In this document: positions 35,878-48,291 of the stretch, piece by piece | How the letters are laid out: each line of letters begins with the position of its first letter | Position numbering within the stretch: position 1 is the first letter of the stretch | NCBI GenBank assembly: GCA_050575255.1 | Contig: JBNZDD010013688.1 | Location: 4,012,463 to 4,076,462 of the forward strand | Reading direction: 5' to 3' | Origin: Harriotta raleighana | Lineage: Eukaryota | Length of the DNA: 64,000 nt | The notes under the pieces: model-generated | Database searches by the model: none | What the model was told of the DNA's origin: nothing | The model's input: only the letters and a program-made list of their open reading frames with translations | Translations under genes and position numbers: made by a program

Positions 35878-38207
35878 TAAGGCGCTATTTCAATTGCAAG
35901 GATTATTATTTATTATTATTACCCTATTTACAACAAAAGAGAACAACAAAGTGACATTTGTAGAGTGCTTTTCACATCGGGAGGACGTAGAATCTCATAG
36001 CGTCCAGAATTTGGAAAATTGATGAACTTTTGTCTTATCTTTGAATCTGGTTTTCTGTAGTTTTTAAAAGAAGCTACTCTAGCCTGCCTTCAAAATACAA
36101 CAAAGTACCCTTTTAGAAATAAGTCCACAAGAATGGAATACATATCTGTAATATTTCCTAAATCCGAACAAGTTGTGCACTTTGGATTTGCTTGATTTTG
36201 ATAACATGGGGGGAAAAAAATCCTATTTCATAATGATCACTTTGTTCTCTCTTCTCAAATTTCCTGGCTGGTTTGGTTGAATGGCAGCATATAATGTGCT
36301 TATGCTGAGCCTAATCAATGTCACCAGGTGCTGCAATATTACAAAAAAATGCATTAGTGGCATTGTTTTGCAACAGCATCTCACCGGAATCTAAATAAAG
36401 TCTCAATGTAGTTTGAAATATTTTGAGTACAGCAGTGATTTACTGATTAACTAGTTAAGCTGTATACAGTATTATTTTGTCCGAAACCTTCTCGAGAATA
36501 AAACCTGAAGAAAATATTGGCTGAAAATGCTCACTATTTCACCGTGGGCTTGGCAATTTGCACTTACGCAGTCCACTGAGACTTATTGCTTTAGTGATGG
36601 TTAAAATAAAATGGACATAATTAGCTAATGAATTGATCATAGGAACTTGTAAATAATACGATTGCAACCCTATTTTGAACAAGCATGAATTGACAGAATG
36701 ACAAGCTCTTGAAGCTCATTATTTTAATAATGGAATAAAAATTGCATTGCCACGCAGCCTTAAGTATTTTTGTCAGATACAGATTTTCACAGGTCATCTT
36801 CACTTTAAACTGGATTCCTTATTGCTGTTGGTTTGTTTGCATGGTATGAATCAGTGGGCTAATGACCTTTTGTCAGAAGGAGCTTCAAAATTGCTTTGAG
36901 GGAATCGGTCGTTTCGTCCCCAATGTAAATCTTGAGAAATTAACTTTGAATGTCAGAGAAGTAATGACAACAGAAAGCAAATGCTGGAATAAATACGACA
37001 GTATAAGCCATTTTAGTTTACCATATTTGCCCATTACCTATGAAAGATTTGTTTTGTCAAAGAACTGTGGGGATAGGAAATTGGAGCATTTACAGGAAAG
37101 TTATAAATTTTTCTCTTACGGTATTCAGTCTATTGAGAAGACACAGTTGATAGTGCAGGAAAAATCACCAGAATATGATCTATTTATTGTTTCCTTGAAA
37201 CTGAAAGTAATCCATTCTTTTTACAGTATCCGTGTCATTTCACAGCACCCCTCTTACTCATTTGATCATATTAATGAGCATGTAGGGGTATAAATAATTG
37301 TTTTTCAAATGTACCAGTTTTGTTTTCTTATTCAAATAGGGTTCTTTGTGACTGGCAAACAAAATCACTGTTGCTGATTGATACTCGAAATTAAACGCTT
37401 TTTTTTTCACCCAATATGATAGTCCATCTTTAATATGTCTGAAATTACAGTATTATAACGGATTATGATTCAATTTCTTAGGCTTCGAATAAAGGTAACC
37501 AGCCTTGGGTTATAAAGGAATAAATGAGTTGGTAACTGGATTTCTGCTCTATGTTATGAAAGTTCTTTTAAATCGTAGCTTTGTTAGCAATTTTTAAAGA
37601 ACAGATTTCGATGAAGGTATGGCTTGTCTTTACAAAAGAGTGGTGTTTACTTTAAGATATCTCCTTGATTTGAAATGATTTAATTCAACCTCAACGTTTG
37701 AAATTGAAAAATGTTCAGTCCTGTACCTAGTCAAACCAAAATTAATTGTGTATGTGTGTTTTATTTTGTTTAAAGTGAGGGAGGGGAAAAGATAGGGGAG
37801 ATCTTTTATTTGCCTGCAATGTATGTGGTGTCTGAAGAAATATTTTGGGTGAAACAAAGTGTGACGTGAATTCAGCAGATTTGAAGGAGAAATGCTGAAA
37901 TTTGTTTGGTGTTAGTCCCAAATAAATTGGTCTGCCAGAGAAACACATTTAGTATTTAATCAGAACCTGAGTAGCAACTTGTTAATATTGTTAACAAATG
38001 GTTGCACTGTAAGGCAGTGCTTGTTGTCCATTTACTTTTAAATCATGCAATTTAGAGTCTTGATAGGCTGATAAATAACATTGTTGGATTTTGCCCATCA
38101 GTCTCCTGTCATCACTGAATACTCCACATTTAAAGTTTATCCTTGACCATTTGTGACTTTCTTCCATTTTTGAAAAAAAAAATCATCAAGTGATTTGGAA
38201 CCCAAGA

Positions 38208-38890
38208 AGTTGTGGACCATTTAATCCTCCTCCACTGCCTCTCCTCCCACCTCAGCCTTCCAGGATCTGTCCTTGACTGCTTTAGGTCCTATCTTTCACA
38301 CCGTCTCCACTTTGTGTCTGCCAATGGCTTTTCTTCCAGCCCCCGCACCGTCTTGTGTGGTGTTCCGCAGAGCTCTTGTCTTCGGTCCTTTCCTCTTCAC
38401 CCTCTACATGCTCCCCCTCGGTGACATCATCCACAGATATGGGGTAAATTTCCACATGTACGCAGACGACATCCAACTCTGTCTCTCCGCTTCAACCCTC
38501 AACTCCAGGCCTAACTGCATTCTGACTGCCTGCCTGTCTGACATTGAGTCCTGGACCAGGGACAACTTTCTCCAGCAAGACTGAGGCCCTCCTGATTGGC
38601 TCGCAACAGCGCCTCCACACCTCAGGCCCTGGTCAGGCTTTAATCCTCTCTGCCACCACACACTGGAACTCCCATCTCACAATCCCCTCACCTCGCTTTC
38701 TCCCTTGCCTTCTTCAAAGCCGGTTTCAAGATCCTCCTTTTCGATCATGCCTTCAGCCATATTCCCACCTCTCCCTCTACTCTCCTCTCCCCCCAAGCCC
38801 CCATGCTCCGGTCCTGACCCCTGACTGTTCAGCACCTCGGGACATCCTCCCGTTGTAAAAGGCACTTGATAAATGTAATTTGTTGTTGTT
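38208..38890 (+). mobile_element. L2 LINE RT core fragment (YADD) with an internal deletion to the 3' tail
   Basis: VDHLILL...FRSYLS...GVPQ...[32 protein letters not shown]...KTEALLIG, frameshifted; stem-loop and (TTG)n tail. Confidence 0.92.
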
Positions 38891-39565
38891 TCTGCCTTGT
38901 GGCATTAAACTGTCAGTTACCCAGAGACATATGTTTAAGCCAGACAGCAAAATGGCTTTTGTGCACTAAATAAAAATCGTGATGTTAAGGTGGTTGCATA
39001 GCTTACAAGAGATGCATTTTATTTGCCGAACTCACCTGGGACATTCCCCTGAATTGCATTATACTTATAGTTCCCTTTTAGTGTTTAAGACAGAAGTAAA
39101 GCGCAAAAACATCACTGCTCCAAGTCTGCCCTGGATGCATTATCTTTCAATGCTATCCAAACACGATCAGCAGAGGGAGAGGAAATTCAACTTTCAGATG
39201 CATTGAGAAAATCATCTGTTTTCACACCATGTTCAGCTTCTCTGTTGTGATGCATGCATCGTCCTCTTCTGAGGTTGGCATTAAAATTGATTGAGAATAG
39301 GGGAGAACTGAATGGATTTAGATGTAGCTGATTTGCAGACCAGTGGTCTATTATAAGTACGGTCCCAATTATTCGTAAGCTACGAGTTTCACTTTGGTTC
39401 CTGTATGTAATCTTTCCTTGAACATTTTAACTGGAATTGCAGTTGAACATCATTTTGAGAATAATATGCAAAGTGAATGGTTGTATTAAATAAATAGAAG
39501 TGTTGTTAATTGGGAGGTTCTTACTGAAAGCTAAATATAGGTTTTGCTTTTCTTGTTATTGGTAG

Positions 39566-39672
39566 AGGAAGATGTGGAAAACTTTGATGTCACAACTTTG
39601 ACTGAAGAGGTGCAAAGGAACATTGAAGCTGATAGCTTCTGGTGTATGAGTAAATTACTGGATGGGATACAG
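39566..39672 (+). CDS. TBC1D22B: TBC1D22B exon (107 nt, phase 1-0): (E)EDVENFDVTTLTEEVQRNIEADSFWCMSKLLDGIQ
   Basis: TAG acceptor (39563-39565), GTAAGC donor at 39673. Phase matches the preceding exon across a 30.6-kb intron. EADSFWC is the TBC ExxxFW motif. Confidence 0.95.
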
Positions 39673-39704
39673 GTAAGCATGCATTCCTTGATCAAAAAAA
39701 GCTG

Positions 39705-40119
39705 GTTTCAGTGCCTTGGAATGTACTCCCAACGTGAAAGGTGCTATACAAATATAATTTTTGTTATTATATAATAATAAATAATAATAATCCTTGCATT
39801 TGACAAAGTGCTTTTCACGTCTTCTAGACATCTCAAAGCGAATTCACAGAATATACTGTAAAGTGAATTTACTATATATTTGTGGGAGAAATGTATATTT
39901 GTTCACTATATATTTGTGGGCTGTAATATTACAGCCAATTGTGCACAGCAGTGTCCCACAAACAGTCATGGATTGAAATGACCAATTTTATGATTTTTTT
40001 GGAGAGGGATTATTATGAGGCACATGGAGTAAGGAAACTTTCCCAAGGTTTCGCCCTGACCTGCCTGTTCTCACAGTTCTCACGCTTGTAAAGGAGAGTG
40101 CTCTAACCACTGAGCCACA
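39705..40119. mobile_element. Plus-strand L2 tail (39705-39768) abutting a minus-strand full-length SINE family A (39770-40119), tail to tail
   Basis: Family motifs; the SINE carries a small internal duplication (actatatatttgtggg twice). Confidence 0.85.
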
Positions 40120-40950
40120 AAATGCCTATTGTTGTTTGCTTCCAAACTTTCCTTTTTAGGAAAGGTGATCCTGTGGTGTATTGGAATGCAGAACAGAAGG
40201 ATATCTCTGTGCCTATATATTTCTCAAGTTATTTAAATTTGGGTGGGTCTCTATAAAGGTAACTTTTGTTTGTTTGTGTGTGTTCTTCCCTTACAGAATA
40301 AGAACCACATTTGAAGTGGTACTTCGAATAATTTTGTAATAACATGTTTTAGAAAGAAATCCCCACACCTCAAAAAAACACAGCCTGGAATAAAAGCAGT
40401 AAAACCACTCCCAACAAAAAATGAAGGATAGACATTTGTTAAGAGTACAAGAGCGTTTGCAGCCACTTTCCCTTGGGGCAATACTATACCTTATTACAAA
40501 TAAGAATTTACCAACAGCACATTGCTTTATGTGATAAAAATTGCAGCTTTAAACCTATGTTTTTGGCAAATTGAAATTTCTCTTTAAAGCTGTTAGTGTT
40601 ACATCAGTTTGCTAAATCGTTATGGTAGCATATTCCAAGCAGGAAGATCAACGAGTTCCATTTTAGGTTGTTGGAGCACTGATAGCAGGGGCATTTTGTT
40701 TGTGGTCAGTTTGTATCATGACTTGCCTGTGGCTGCTTTTCTCAACTTCTCAACGTAATTTATTGTACTAATTAAATCCCTGGATTACTGAAGTAAAGGT
40801 TACTGAGTTTGCTGGGGAAAGGGTTGCTGCCACAACTTTGCTATTACAAAGTCTAACAGGACAAGTTAAAAGTTGTGCATAGTGTAAAAATAAATCTTCA
40901 CTGCTTCAAATACATATACTAGATCCCAATTTAGTGACTTGATATTTCTN

Positions 40951-41098
40951 TGATGGGACACTGCTGTGTGCAATTGGCTGCCGCGTTTCACCCACAAATA
41001 TACAGTCAGTTCACTTTACTGTATATTTTGTGAACTGCTTTGAGGCGTCAATAAGACATGAAAAATACTTTTATCAAAATGCAAGGATTATTATTATG
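40951..41098 (+). mobile_element. SINE family A 3' half, starting abruptly at the N at 40950
   Basis: gggacactgctgtgtgcaattggctgccgcgtttcacccacaaat...gcaaggattattattat. Confidence 0.85.
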
Positions 41099-42951
41099 AT
41101 ATTTTGTTGTTGTTGTATCAACTAACTTTCCAGTGCTCCTGACTTTATATTAAAGGATTTGCAAAATGAAGCTTCAATTTATTGTGAAGATTAGAAAACT
41201 TGAACAGCCTACCGGATTCTGTGTAACATGAGATGAACAGTTAGCTAACGAGTGGAATATGAAAATTGTTTGATGTGTGAAATACAAGAATGTATTGTCT
41301 GTCATTTGTTTAGGCCAGTGCTGCAGACAATTTGCACACAGCAACGCCCCACAAAAAGACAGAAATTCAATGCCCAATTTTAGTTGCCCTCTACACTCTG
41401 GAACTCAATCTCACAGACCCTTTGCCTCGCTTCCTCCCTTACCTCTTTCAAGGCTGGTCTCAAGACCCTCCTTTTTGATCATGCCTTCTACCATCCTCCC
41501 ACCACTTTCCCTCCCCTTCCCCCTACCCTGCTCTCGAGTCCCGACCCCTGACTATTCATCGCTTTGGGACGTCCTCCCGACGCAAAAGATGCTCTATAAA
41601 TGTAATTTTGTTGTTGTATTTACGGGATTATTGGCCAAGACACCAAGAGAAATTCCCTGCTCCTTTTCAAACAGTGGCGTGAGTATGTAATGTGAACAGG
41701 AAGATGAGACTTCAGTTTAATATTAATACCTCAGCCAAAGAACGCCACCTACAGCAAGCTTCAGAACCCCCATTGATACACTGGAGTGTCTACCTAGAGT
41801 ATATGAGAACTAAACCTAAAACAGAAATCGCTGGGAACACTCAGCAGGTCAGGCAGCATCTATCTACAGTATATGAGTACTATTTTGTTTAATTTTCAAA
41901 AGTTTTTTTGTGTTAAAAACCCAATGCTTAGAAGTTGCAAATTTGGAATCAACACTTTGAATCTTGCTGCTAATTAATTTGCTGGCCATATTTTGTACAA
42001 TCTGCTTTGTTGGATGACGCAAGTTAAATCTAAATGTGTCAAATCTGGCCTTGATTCAACTCTTAACCTAATCAAAGGAGCAATCTATTTTGAAGAAGGG
42101 AACAAAATACATCTGTTGTCAATGTAGAAGATGTATATTTATGATGTTAATGCTTTCAAATAGCTATTTTAATGCAAGTTGCGATGCTTGTCAGAATTTA
42201 AAAGCCATGCCTGTAATTTAGGTTGGGCACTTCATGACAATGCTGCAATTTACTTCCAAATACTTCATGAATTCTGAGACTTGCAAAGAAAATGTTTAAT
42301 AAATAAATACGCATTAAATTAGCAAACACTTTTATTTAAGGACATGCCAATCAATTGTTTAGGTGTACTTCGCAGGCAATATTTGCAGCCGATCGTTGTG
42401 ACTGATGCATATAAATTGTGATACGTTCCTGGCTTCCTGTGGCTGTGTAATATGAGCAGGAAATGTGTTGGTTAGTCTTGATTGCTATCGTTCTTTCCAA
42501 ACTAGAATCTCTTCTACGAGCTGCACTGAATGACCTGTTGGCTTCTTGGGTGCAGCAAAGATCAACCATTGGCTGGCGGGTCTTAGGTCTCTCTGTTCCC
42601 ACTTTCTGGAATTCCATCCCACAGACTCTACCCCTCAATCCCTCCCTTGCCTTCTTCAAGGCCCGTTTCAAGACCCTGTGCCTTTGATCACTTGTCTGCA
42701 ACCCCTCCCCCTCCCATTGCCCACCACTTCTCCTGGACCCTGTGGATCCAGTGCCTTGGTACATCCTCCTGGTGTGAAAGGCCCAATACAATGAATAGGC
42801 CCCGGGCTTCACTATTGTCAAGCGCTTTGAGACGCCGCCTGGCGTGGAGGGCGCTATATAAATTTAAGTTGTTGTTACAAACATCCTCATTTATATTAGA
42901 AGCTGGTCAGTTCATTCTTGAAGTGATGTCAGATGTAACCTCTTTGTATTA
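41069..42951 (+). repeat. Copy 1 of a near-identical 1.88-kb duplication (contains L2 tails, a SacSINE1-like piece and a Penelope tail)
   Basis: Matches 43452-45331; ORFs repeat at an offset of 2380; bounded by N at 40950 and 42952. Confidence 0.97.
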
Positions 42952-42952
42952 N

Positions 42953-43451
42953 CCAGCCCCCGCTCCCTGTCCTCGCCGCCCGCCCGGACCATCTCCAAAA
43001 AGGCGGGAACCAGGTCATCAATGGCACTGGCCGATTCTCCTCCTCCCCACGGGGACGCTGGGTGCTCCCGGCCCTCCTCCTCCCGCTCCACCGCACACAT
43101 CCGTCATCCGCCCAGGCCCGTGTCCTCGACTCTCAGGCCAATGACCCCGCCACTCAGGCCTGTGTCCCCGCCGCTCCAGCTCCTCGGCCGCCGGTCCCTG
43201 GGTCGAGTCACCGGGCCTGTGCGGCTCCGGCTCAGCCACAGTCCGAACCCGACTCCATCCTCGACTCCCATCTCTAGCTCCAGCCGCAACCCAGGCCGGG
43301 CCGAGCCGGCCCCCTGCTCCCAGCCGGGGAGTGGGAGTCAGATGGCAACTCCCGTGGCGTGCGGAAGGAGCCGACCGACCCCCGAGCCCCCCGCAGACAC
43401 ACGGGGCGCAGCCCAGCTTCCCGCGCTCGCGACTGGCGATCATGCATTGCA
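42953..43451. other. Unidentified GC/CpG-rich insert
   Basis: Abrupt composition shift (44/60 GC in the line starting at 43201) against AT-rich flanks; no family recognised. Confidence 0.8.
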
Positions 43452-45331
43452 TTTTATCAAAATGCAAGGATTATTATTATGATATTTTGTTGTTGTATCA
43501 ACTAACTTTCCAGTGCTCCTGACTTTATATTAAAGGATTTTCAAAATGAAGCTTCAATTTATTGTGAAGATTAGAAAACTTGAACAGCCTACCGGATTCT
43601 GTGTAACATGAGATGAACAGTTAGCTAACGAGTGGAATATGAAAATTGTTTGATGTGTGAAATACAAGAATGTATTGTCTGTCATTTGTTTAGGCCAGTG
43701 CTGCAGACAATTTGCACACAGCAACGCCCCACAAAAAGACAGAAATTCAATGCCCAATTTTAGTTGCCCTCTACACTCTGGAACTCAATCTCACAGACCC
43801 TTTGCCTCGCTTCCTCCCTTACCTCTTTCAAGGCTGGTCTCAAGACCCTCCTTTTTGATCATGCCTTCTACCATCCTCCCACCACTTTCCCTCCCCTTCC
43901 CCCTACCCTGCTCTCGAGTCCCGACCCCTGACTATTCATCGCCTTGGGACGTCCTCCCGACGCAAAAGATGCTCTATAAATGTAATTTTGTTGTTGTATT
44001 TACGGGATTATTGGCCAAGACACCAAGAGAAATTCCCTGCTCCTTTTCAAACAGTGGCGTGAGTATGTAATGTGAACAGGAAGATGAGACTTCAGTTTAA
44101 TATTAATACCTCAGCCAAAGAACGCCACCTACAGCAAGCTTCAGAACCCCCATTGATACACTGGAGTGTCTACCTAGAGTATATGAGAACTAAACCTAAA
44201 ACAGAAATCGCTGGGAACACTCAGCAGGTCAGGCAGCATCTATCTACAGTATATGAGTACTATTTTGTTTAATTTTCAAAAGTTTTTTTGTGTTAAAAAC
44301 CCAATGCTTAGAAGTTGCAAATTTGGAATCAACACTTTGAATCTTGCTGCTAATTAATTTGCTGGCCATATTTTGTACAATCTGCTTTGTTGGATGACGC
44401 AAGTTAAATCTAAATGTGTCAAATCTGGCCTTGATTCAACTCTTAACCTGATCAAAGGAGCAATCTATTTTGAAGAAGGGAACAAAATACATCTGTTGTC
44501 AATGTAGAAGATGTATATTTATGATGTTAATGCTTTCAAATAGCTATTTTAATGCAAGTTGCGATGCTTGTCAGAATTTAAAAGCCATGCCTGTAATTTA
44601 GGTTGGGCACTTCATGACAATGCTGCAATTTACTTCCAAATACTTCATGAATTCTGAGACTTGCAAAGAAAATGTTTAATAAATAAATATGCATTAAATT
44701 AGCAAACACTTTTATTTAAAGACATGCCAATCAATTGTTTAGGTGTACTTCGCAGGCAATATTTGCAGCCGATCGTTGTGACTGATGCATATAAATTGTG
44801 ATACGTTCCTGGCTTCCTGTGTCTGTGTAATATGAGCAGGAAATGTGTTGGTTAGTCTTGATTGCTATCGTTCTTTCCAAACTAGAATCTCTTCTACGAG
44901 CTGCACTGAATGACCTGTTGGCTTCTTGGGTGCAGCAAAGATCAACCATTGGCTGGCGGGTCTTAGGTCTCTCTGTTCCCACTTTCTGGAATTCCATCCC
45001 ACAGACTATACCCCTCAATCCCTCCCTTGCCTTCTTCAAGGCCCGTTTCAAGACCCTGTGCCTTTGATCACTTGTCTGCAACCCCTCCCCCTCCCATTGC
45101 CCACCACTTCTCCTGGACCCTGTGGATCCAGTGCCTTGGTACATCCTCCTGGTGTGAAAGGCCCAATACAATGAATAGGCCCCGGGCTTCACTATTGTCA
45201 AGCGCTTTGAGACGCCGCCTGGCGTGGAGGGCGCTATATAAATTTAAGTTGTTGTTACAAACATCCTCATTTATATTAGAAGCTGGTCAGTTCATTCTTG
45301 AAGTGATGTCAGATGTAACCTCTTTGTATTA
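43452..45331 (+). repeat. Copy 2 of the 1.88-kb duplication
   Basis: Differs from copy 1 by about seven substitutions and one TTG indel on manual comparison. Confidence 0.97.
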
Positions 45332-47752
45332 ATGCCACCAGTTCAATCTGCTCGTAGCTGAAGAGCAGACTCTGCAGCAGACGGGTAGACATTAGATAAA
45401 GACTAACAAATATCCTAACTGGTCAAGCTGTTGCAGGGTATTTTGTCCTTCATTGATATTAACGGATGGTTTCAGTTTGTGGCAAAATCACAAATGATCT
45501 GAACAGATCGTTAGTTCGTCTTGAAGTTCCAAAAGGAAAGTCACAATGTGTTGAATGGAGTGAAGCTGGACTTTGTCTCGATTAACTGGTTACAGCTGGT
45601 TTAAACAATAAAAACAAGAAAGTGCCTTTTCAGGTCAGAGAAATAGACGTCAGGTTTGATTTTTCACCGAGTATTCCCTCCTTCAAGTTCATTATTACCT
45701 CATTATTTCCTAAAAGGGCCTGGCTGCGGATTGATTGATGCCTTTGCCATGTTTCGTATATTGTGTCCTGCAATGCAGAACTTTCAGCCAGTTACAGTGT
45801 ACGATAGTGTCAACGTCATTAAACGCGAGACCCAGAATCATCTATTTTAAAGTTTGTTCAGGGACAGTTTTTTTTAAAAAGCTAATTAACCTGTCATTAT
45901 TCCGTGGGATGTCGATGTGTTGTTCTGCCTTTGTGTTAGAATTTCCATTGCCACTTTTGCAGTACTTTTTATTTTGTTTCTTTCCCTCTGAAGGGCAACA
46001 CAATTTTCTGACCTAATTTTCCATCTTCATGCCAGCATTGCGCATCATTGTAAGGAAAAGTTACATCCATGCATTGAAGTGCATTACATTACATTTTAAC
46101 TGATCAAGTCACATGTGATCTACAATGGAGACAAATGACTGTTTGCTGTAAATCTAATAGTTCATATCTCCCGAGTCTTTTTGTAAACTCGCTATTTCAA
46201 GTGAAGCTGTGTCTCAATATACAGAAGCCATATTTTCAGATAGGTGGCTGTATTTTGAAAGAATGAATACATCAACAACTTTTTTTTAAAAAAGAGGAAA
46301 AAGCATTTCTCAATTGATGAAAACTTGAAGCTGGCACCTGCCAGATTGAATTATACAGAACTTCTGTTCAAACTCACTTGTTAACCCTTTGGGAGAAGGC
46401 AGAACATGAGATTTCTTGAGAAACTAAGCTACTCAGGCATATTGTCACGTGTGTCAGTTGAGCATTGTATGCATAACACTCGCATAAATCTAGAAAGCGA
46501 GGTGATTTCATTTCCGAGCACAGAAGCAGACTGTTGTTAACAATAAAACTGCTTTCACTGTGTCCGCAATCTCCCAGCTGTGATTGCTGCTTCAGCACTA
46601 TAAAAAGCCTTATACACTTTACAAAATTGCAATTTACTGCTGTGAGTGCAGAGTAGATTCAATTTTATGTGAACCTTGAAGAGATGCCTGATTCAATTTG
46701 CAGTTGTCTTCACAGCTTATTGAATGTGAACTCTCTGGTGTTGGACTTGTTTTCATGCCGTAACAGACATGACAAATCTTGCATTGTCTCATTCTTTAAT
46801 AATTGTTCATGATGTAAGCTTAAGCACCGAGGCATTTAAAATGTGTTATGAAATGCTGTTTCATTATTTATTTGTTCCTTGATTTGTGTTGTTTTTCACG
46901 AGATTCTTTTTAAAATTCTCCCTGTGCTATTGCTGAGCATTGGACTGTGACCAGGAGAGAAGGCAGGCTTAGTTCCAGGCTTCTGTCAATTACTCTCCTG
47001 AACTTGTTAGGAGATGCTGGAGAGGAGCATGGGTTTATTTTATTATGTGATAGTTTTTTTCTTCTGAGAAATGGCTGACCCTTTAATCCAGTTCAGTATA
47101 GAAACTAAACGCGTGAGAACTCCTGAGTCTGAATTTGCATTACACTCTTCTATTTGTAAGTCCAGCAGCGTTCTCAAGTTAATATTTCTGCTTCGTTATG
47201 AGCTTTCACTTCTCGCAATTGCAATGCAGTCAGTAAAGTCATCTGAATGTAAAAAATACAACACTCTTCGGTTTCTCCTTCACAATCGATTGGAACATTG
47301 GTCTTTGTATCGCACTGCTTTCGAAATGATCTTAAGCATTTATTGAGGCAACATTCCTATGTGGTTTTGTTAGCTGGTAGAGGATGTTGAATTCACACCC
47401 AGTTCTTCACCCAAGTTGCCTGGATGGTTTTGGCGGGGGTGGGTGAGGGGGAAGTACAATTGGGAGAAATACTCCCCATCACCTGCCAGCATGATGATCA
47501 AAGATGAGAGCGTGGGGTACGAGCAAATGTTTTCATCCCAATCTATACCCTGACATTTACTGTAGAGAAAAAATAACTCCTTTGGTAAATTATTGGTAGT
47601 TCAATGTTGGGATGAGCTTGTAACTAACTTAAAAATGTTTGTTTTTCCACTCGAGATGACATCCTGCAGATACCAACAAAAGGATTCAATAACAAACTTC
47701 CAACTGCAGCCTTGAGCAGAACTATTATTTCATATAGTTTGTTTTATCAAGT

Positions 47753-47850
47753 CATCAATCAATCAATCAATCAAAATTTTATTTATAAAGCGCCTTTCAC
47801 GTCGGGAGGACGTCCCAAAGCGCTGTACAGCCAAGTATGGGGGGAGGGCT
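47753..47850 (-). mobile_element. L2 3' tail with a (TTGA)n end
   Basis: (tcaa)n followed by aaagcgcctttcacgtcgggaggacgtcccaaagcgct. Confidence 0.8.
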
Positions 47851-47964
47851 CAGGGAAAATAGTAGGAAAAAATGACTGTATATTTCAAGTCATCAAGTCA
47901 AAGGAGAATTAAAATAATATATTTTGGTTCAAGTATTCAAAGTGATGTTCAAAGCTTTGCTTTC

Positions 47965-48080
47965 ATAAAATTATACAGCACAGAAGGAGGCCATTCGGCC
48001 CATTACATCAATGCCAGCTCTTTAAAAAGAACAATCCAAATTAGTCTCCACTACGCGCTCTCTCCACAGCCCTGCGAATG
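47965..48080 (-). mobile_element. Shark-type CR1 (HER1/HE1-like) 3' tail
   Basis: acagcacagaaggaggccattcggccca...ctctccacagccctgc; related sequence lies on the plus strand near 27660-27695. Family name from recall. Confidence 0.65.
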
Positions 48081-48163
48081 TGTCCTCCACACGAAGGGGG
48101 AGAATTGCATGAAGATTCTTTGGCTACACTAACTACGACTCATATTCTGTTTTCCCCCTGCAG

Positions 48164-48291
48164 AACAAGTGCACTGTCATTTCCACAAGTATGAAGTGGA
48201 GTATCTGCAATTTGCATTCCGCTGGATGAATAACCTGCTAATGCGGGAGCTACCTCTGCGATGTACCATCCGGCTTTGGGATACATATCAG
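48164..48291 (+). CDS. TBC1D22B: TBC1D22B exon (128 nt, phase 1-0): (E)QVHCHFHKYEVEYLQFAFRWMNNLLMRELPLRCTIRLWDTYQ
   Basis: ttttccccctgcag acceptor, GTAAAT donor at 48292. FAFRWMNNLLMRE and RLWD are hallmark TBC1D22/Gyp1 motifs. Translated by hand. Confidence 0.95.

Noticed and set aside
36862-37293. 143-aa ORF in AT-rich sequence
   Set aside because: No recognisable domain. A rough estimate gives about one ORF of this length by chance across six frames of 64 kb.
40381-40410. cagcctggaataaaagcagtaaaaccactc (QPGIKAVKPL) resembles QPGIQKKVKAL of the missing exon
   Set aside because: There is no preceding DNYTFA, no adjacent splice sites and no following LEELVSRID; most likely chance.
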